Shown here piece by piece: positions 59,657-64,000 of a DNA stretch of 64,000 nt. Within the stretch, counting starts at the first letter, position 1; every line of letters begins with the position of its first letter. Origin of the DNA: an uncultured Candidatus Saccharibacteria bacterium (lineage in GTDB: Bacteria > Patescibacteriota > Andersenbacteria > UBA10190). The notes beneath the pieces were generated by a model, which saw only the letters and a list, made by a program, of their open reading frames with translations, had not been told where the DNA came from and did no database searches. Location: positions 44 through 64,043 of the forward strand of contig CAYJQW010000005.1 of NCBI GenBank assembly GCA_964372635.1, in the 5' to 3' direction. The position numbers and the translations under genes are program-made.

Positions 59657-62600
59657 ATGATTCGTCGGAAGATTATTGACAGTACTAATGTCACATCGAC
59701 CTTGTTCTTGCAGTGGGTCATTCGCACAAGCCTACAGTTTCGCTACCTCGTCATATTTATAGTGGTGGCGCTTATTGTCTTTGGCATCGATGCGATTCGC
59801 CAGATGCCAGTTGATGTGTTTCCAGAGTTTGCGCCACCGCGGGTCGAGATTCAGACTCCCAGCCTGGGCCTTTCCGCGACTGAGGTGGAAGCACTGGTAA
59901 CAACGCCATTGGAGGAGATATTTAATGGGGTGCCGCAGCTGGATATCATGCGTTCCAAATCAGTGGAACAATTATCGTCCATAGTGCTTATCTTTGAACC
60001 CGGCACTGAATTGATGAAAGCTCGGCAGTTGGTAGCCGAGCGGTTAGCTATTGCGATACCTATCTTGCCAACCTGGGCAGCCCCTCCGGTGATGATGCCG
60101 CCGCTGTCATCAACGGCACGGACGATGAAAATAGGTATTTCTTCGAACGACCGCAGCGTGATCGAACTGTCAATGATCACATATTGGAAGATTAGGGAAC
60201 GATTGTTGCGCGTACCTGGCGTGGCCAACTTAGTGATTTGGGGCGAGCAGATTCAAATGCCGCAGGTGCAAGTTGATCCGGAGCGTCTTCAAGCAGAGGG
60301 TGTGTCGATTGATGAAGTTTTGCAGGTTACTTCAGATACGCTGGACTCTGGGATGATCCAATACTCTGACGGATCAAGAATAGGCGCGGGCGGATTTTTA
60401 GTGACGCCCAACCAACAGTTGGCGATTCGTCACGTGCTGCCTTTTCTTGAACCAAGTGATTTGGCGCGTATAGTAATAAATGACCGCACCAAAAGTGACG
60501 GCACACCGCTACGATTGGGTGACGTAGCGAATTTAGTGGAGGGTACATGGCCCATGATTGGTGATGCAGTAGTTAACGATGGTCCTGGACTTCTGCTGAT
60601 TGTTGAAAAGTTTCCCTGGGGTAACACGCTTGAGGTGACTCGAGGGGTCGAAGCAGCGATCGATGAAATGCGACCTGGATTACCAGGTATCGACATTGAC
60701 ACCACCATTTTCCGGCCGGCAACGTTTGTGCAAGCCGCGCTCAATAATTTGGTAACCTCTTTACTGATTGGGGCAGGCCTGGCGGTAGTGGTGCTTCTCC
60801 TTTTTCTATGGGACTGGCGGATCGCGCTGATTTCCGCCGCGATTATTCCAGTGACGGCGGTGCTTACTTTGCTGGTACTGTCTTGGTTGGGAACAACACT
60901 TAATGTGATGGTATTAGCGGGGTTGGTGATCGCCATTGGCGCGGTGATTGACGATGCCATTGTTGATGTCGAAAACATTGTGCGGCGACTCCGCCAATAT
61001 CGCCGGCAAGGAAGCACTAAAGGAACGGCTGAGATTATCCGCTTAGCGTCAGTCGAAGTACGCAGTGCCATTATCAATGCGTCGCTGATTGAGATGATCG
61101 CGCTTATTCCAGTCTTCTTTTTACCTGGGCTATCGGGCGCTTTTTTTCGACCGCTGGCCCAAGCTTATGTAGTGGCGACTATAATATCCCCGTTGGTTGC
61201 GCTCACGGTTACACCAGCGCTGATTTTGATTTTGTTGGAGAATGCGCCAATTCGTGAGCGCCTGTCTCCAATTATTCCGTATCTTCAGCGGAGCTATGAC
61301 AGGTTGCTGGCGAGAATTATTAAAGTACCGCGGCTGGCGTATGCGGCCTGCGGTGTGCTGTTGGCATCTGGTATTGTGGTATGGCCACATTTAGGGCAGG
61401 AGTTACTACCCTCGTTTAAAGAACGAGACTTTCTGATGCATTGGGTGGCTAAGCCTGGCACATCGCATCCGGAAATGGTGCGAATCTCCACTCGGGCTTG
61501 TCAGGAACTACGCACTATACCGGGGGTTCGTAATTGTGGTTCCCACATTGGGCAAGCGTTACTAATGGATGAGGTCTACGGCATTTATTTTGCTGAGAAT
61601 TGGGTGAGTGTTGATCCCGCGGTTGACTATGACGTGACACTCGCCAAAATCCAGGAGATGGTTAATGGTTATCCCGGGCTGGTACGTGATGTACAGACCT
61701 ATCTAAAAGAACGCATTAGAGAAGTCCTGACCGGGTCAAGTCATCCGATTGTCGTTCGCATCTATGGCCAGGACATGGGAGTCTTGCGAGGGTTAGCTCA
61801 AGAAGTGCAGGAGGAACTTGCTAAAATTAGTGGCATTGTTGATGCACAAGCGGAGCTTTTAGTTGATATTCCCCAGATACAGATTGAAGTCGATTTAACG
61901 GCAGCCGAGAAATTCGGTCTTAAACCAGGTGATGTTCGCCGACAGGCGGCCTATATGGTGGCGGGTGAAGAAGCGGGCGATATTCACACCGCTAATCGTA
62001 CTTATGATGTACAGGTATGGAGTACACCAGCCTCACGACACAGCCTGAGCAGTATAAAAAACATGCTAATAAATACGCCCACAGGACAAACCATCCGTTT
62101 GACGGATGTTGCCGATGTCCGTATCGCACCAGCGCCTAATGCTATCAATCACGAAGGTCTCTCCAGAAGACTTAACGTTGAAGCTGATGTGGTAGGAAGA
62201 GATCTGGGCTCAGTGATTGACGATGTCGAAGATGCTCTCGATACAGTTCAATTTCCCCTGGGCTACTATCCGACATTGCTTGGCGAATACGCCGAGCGAC
62301 AAGCGGCGCAAGAGCGCATTGTGATTATGGGTCTCCTTGCGGTGCTCGTGATTTTCTGCCTCTTACGGGTATCGCTTGGGAGTTGGAAAGTGGCAACTAT
62401 GGCTTTTTTAAGCTTGCCAATGGCGCTGTCGGGAGGCATCCTAGCGGCGCTTTTGTTTGGCGGCGTATTGACGCTCGGTTCTTTGGTTGGTCTTCTCACC
62501 ATTTTAGGCATAGCAGCGCGTAATAGCATTATGCTCATTAGTCACTTTCAACATCTTGAAACAGTAGAAGGCATACCTTTTGGATCGGCTTTGGTTCAAC

Positions 62601-62842
62601 AGGGTGCACGAGAACGACTGGTACCGATTCTCATGACCGTGTTAACGGCCGGACTGGCATTGGTGCCGCTCGTGATTGCTGGCAATATTCCTGGGCATGA
62701 AATTGAACATCCGATGGCCATTGTTATACTCGGTGGCCTACTAACCTCGACGCTGGCCAACTTGTTTGTAGTGCCCGTGTTATACCTAAGGTTTTTCATC
62801 CCTTCGACAGGCTCACTTTTCGACCAGCGTAAAGTGCCATGA
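59657..62842 (+). CDS. RND efflux transporter, HME (CzcA/CusA-like) type, paralog 2
   Basis: 1061 aa; IFEPGTELMKARQLVAERL; TM4 AVIDDAIVDVENIVRRL. In tandem with paralog 1, separated by 9 nt. Confidence 0.8.
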   Translation: MIRRKIIDSTNVTSTLFLQWVIRTSLQFRYLVIFIVVALIVFGIDAIRQMPVDVFPEFAPPRVEIQTPSLGLSATEVEALVTTPLEEIFNGVPQLDIMRSKSVEQLSSIVLIFEPGTELMKARQLVAERLAIAIPILPTWAAPPVMMPPLSSTARTMKIGISSNDRSVIELSMITYWKIRERLLRVPGVANLVIWGEQIQMPQVQVDPERLQAEGVSIDEVLQVTSDTLDSGMIQYSDGSRIGAGGFLVTPNQQLAIRHVLPFLEPSDLARIVINDRTKSDGTPLRLGDVANLVEGTWPMIGDAVVNDGPGLLLIVEKFPWGNTLEVTRGVEAAIDEMRPGLPGIDIDTTIFRPATFVQAALNNLVTSLLIGAGLAVVVLLLFLWDWRIALISAAIIPVTAVLTLLVLSWLGTTLNVMVLAGLVIAIGAVIDDAIVDVENIVRRLRQYRRQGSTKGTAEIIRLASVEVRSAIINASLIEMIALIPVFFLPGLSGAFFRPLAQAYVVATIISPLVALTVTPALILILLENAPIRERLSPIIPYLQRSYDRLLARIIKVPRLAYAACGVLLASGIVVWPHLGQELLPSFKERDFLMHWVAKPGTSHPEMVRISTRACQELRTIPGVRNCGSHIGQALLMDEVYGIYFAENWVSVDPAVDYDVTLAKIQEMVNGYPGLVRDVQTYLKERIREVLTGSSHPIVVRIYGQDMGVLRGLAQEVQEELAKISGIVDAQAELLVDIPQIQIEVDLTAAEKFGLKPGDVRRQAAYMVAGEEAGDIHTANRTYDVQVWSTPASRHSLSSIKNMLINTPTGQTIRLTDVADVRIAPAPNAINHEGLSRRLNVEADVVGRDLGSVIDDVEDALDTVQFPLGYYPTLLGEYAERQAAQERIVIMGLLAVLVIFCLLRVSLGSWKVATMAFLSLPMALSGGILAALLFGGVLTLGSLVGLLTILGIAARNSIMLISHFQHLETVEGIPFGSALVQQGARERLVPILMTVLTAGLALVPLVIAGNIPGHEIEHPMAIVILGGLLTSTLANLFVVPVLYLRFFIPSTGSLFDQRKVP

Positions 62843-62917
62843 GCTTGTCGAGGAACAGGGTTAATCTTAAGTGCGTCGAAGAAGATTGACACCTCATCTG
62901 GCCAGCAGTATCGTGAC

Positions 62918-63811
62918 ATGATGTTTCCACTACGACATTTTCATATCTTATTAGGGGCAGTTGTAATCTCATTGGTAATTTTCGGTTTTGTTCGTCGGTC
63001 CGGCTCGATGCCGGTGGTGACTGACGGTAATGAGTTAACCGATGCGCAACCTATACGGTTCGAGGAAATTGACCCGAGTAATTTTGACCGATCAACGACG
63101 ATCGACAACCCGTGGTGGTCGCTAAAGCCTGGGACGAGATGGGTGTACGAAGGGTATAGTCTAGCGGATGGCGAGCGTGTTCGCCATATGGTAGTGGATA
63201 CCGTAACCGATCTTACCAAGGATATTAATGGCATACGTGCGGTCGTGAGTCTGGAGGAAGATTACAGTGATGGCAAATTAATCGAGAGAGAAATTGCCTT
63301 TCACGCACAGGACAAAAATGGCAATGTGTGGCACTTAGGTCAGCTGCGAGAAGAGTATGAGGATACGCATTTCAGTGGGGCTCAAGCCTGGTTGGTTGGC
63401 CATCTCACTGACGCCAAAGCGGGGATCAGGATGTTAGCCACGCCAGTTCAGGGTGCCAGCTATTCTCAGGGTTATGCGCCGCCGCCTTTTCACTGGACCG
63501 ATCGTAGCTATGTCTCTCAACTGGGCCAGCAGACGCGAGTCGCTGCGGGTAGCTACAATGACGTGATGATCATCGAAGAGTGGGACGAGGAAACTCCACC
63601 CGGGGTCTTTCAGACTAAATACTACGCCCGCGGGGTGGGCTTAGTTCGGGTTGGCTTTAGAGGTGATGATCCTGAGCAAGAGGAATTAGAGTTGGTTAAG
63701 GTTGAGCAGTTGGGACCAGCATTTTTAGCTGAAGCTCGTGAAGAGGCGTTAAAAATTGAGGAGCGGGCCTATGTGTACGGCCACACGTCGCCTGCAGAGC
63801 AGATCAAGTGA
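62918..63811 (+). CDS. Signal-anchored hypothetical protein (297 aa), last gene of the island
   Basis: N-terminal TM (ILLGAVVISLVIFGFV), then a soluble domain with no motif I recognise. Confidence 0.4.
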   Translation: MMFPLRHFHILLGAVVISLVIFGFVRRSGSMPVVTDGNELTDAQPIRFEEIDPSNFDRSTTIDNPWWSLKPGTRWVYEGYSLADGERVRHMVVDTVTDLTKDINGIRAVVSLEEDYSDGKLIEREIAFHAQDKNGNVWHLGQLREEYEDTHFSGAQAWLVGHLTDAKAGIRMLATPVQGASYSQGYAPPPFHWTDRSYVSQLGQQTRVAAGSYNDVMIIEEWDEETPPGVFQTKYYARGVGLVRVGFRGDDPEQEELELVKVEQLGPAFLAEAREEALKIEERAYVYGHTSPAEQIK

Positions 63812-63873
63812 CGTGAAACTTTTGCCTGTGCGCAGGCGAAAGGATTAGTTTGGATATTGGTATGCAAATACCA

Positions 63874-63933
63874 AACTTTAACATTTCTTATATGTCGCGG
63901 CGGTGTCGTTTCGGCAAGAATCGAACTAACATC
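63874..63933 (+). repeat. Repeat copy C (right boundary of the GC-rich block)
   Basis: aactttaacatttcttatatgtcgcggcggtgtcgtttcggcaagaatcg is identical to copy B over ~54 nt. Two small hairpins precede it (gcctgtgcgcaggc; ttggtatgcaaataccaa). Confidence 0.65.
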
Positions 63934-64000
63934 ATAGTGTTTGTCTTTCATGTTTTGTGAAAAAATGATGGCTACCCAAATAAGCTCCTACATCTTTCGT

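Larger units (their letters stand above)
47518..63933. mobile_element. Putative horizontally acquired genomic island (~16.4 kb) bounded by direct repeats B and C; GC-rich left arm; no integrase
   Basis: Identical 54 nt direct repeats at both ends. Hand-sampled GC is 58-72% in 48.4-50.1 kb versus ~42-50% in backbone windows. Cargo is polysaccharide synthesis and efflux. Confidence 0.4.

Noticed and set aside
47600-63811. Integrase, transposase or relaxase inside the island
   Set aside because: All ten ORFs have other assignments (beta-helix, GT2, UGDH, MacB, MFP, exported protein, mini-adaptor, two RND pumps, TM-anchored hypothetical). None shows tyrosine or serine recombinase or DDE motifs.
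63874-63933. Boundary repeat as the 3' end of a tRNA gene (classic att site)
   Set aside because: The reverse complement contains GTTCGATTCT, but flanking bases cannot form a T-stem, acceptor stem or CCA-adjacent structure. No cloverleaf is possible. The repeat instead matches the ychF 5' end.

Overview
This 64 kb window comes from a moderate-GC (~42-50% in hand-sampled windows) bacterial chromosome. Its housekeeping backbone is rpsT, truB, gmd, uvrB, ruvA, a FemX-like gene, a MurE-like gene, a tsaB fragment, rpoB, rpoC, ftsK, a RodZ-like gene, recA, rpsF-ssb-rpsR and ychF. Peptidoglycan-related genes and domains (FemX-like, MurE-like, LysM, PG-binding domain) suggest a cell envelope built around a peptidoglycan wall (consistent with, but not proving, a Gram-positive-type monoderm). 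Several truncated genes (a 119 aa TsaB, a Mur ligase without its N-terminal domain) hint at a reduced genome (possibly Patescibacteria-like, not provable here). Two accessory regions stand out. The first is 1-17.6 kb, a run of secreted and surface proteins. It contains a CAP-domain protein, an extremely acidic poly-(Asp-x) tandem-repeat protein and a 1021 aa T/N/G-rich repeat protein with collagen-like GPT triplets. These two repeat proteins share a repeat motif I do not recognise. A subtilisin follows, then a membrane-anchored VirB4/TraC-like FtsK-HerA superfamily ATPase and a DUF3048 protein. The second is 47.5-63.9 kb, a ~16.4 kb block that looks horizontally acquired. Its left arm is GC-rich (hand-sampled windows 58-72% there; the rest of the block is near backbone GC), and it is bracketed by two near-identical ~54 nt direct repeats. 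Those repeats are copies of the ychF 5' end, and a third, degenerate copy forms the real ychF start. The block carries a UDP-glucose dehydrogenase, a processive GT2 synthase and a LysM/beta-helix polysaccharide module. It also carries a MacAB-like exporter whose adaptor contains a PG-binding domain, a minimal RND adaptor, two tandem CzcA-like RND pumps and no integrase. There are no rRNA or tRNA genes and no CRISPR arrays. One ~480 bp GC-richer ORF-free gap between holA and rpsT may hold a structured RNA that I could not identify.
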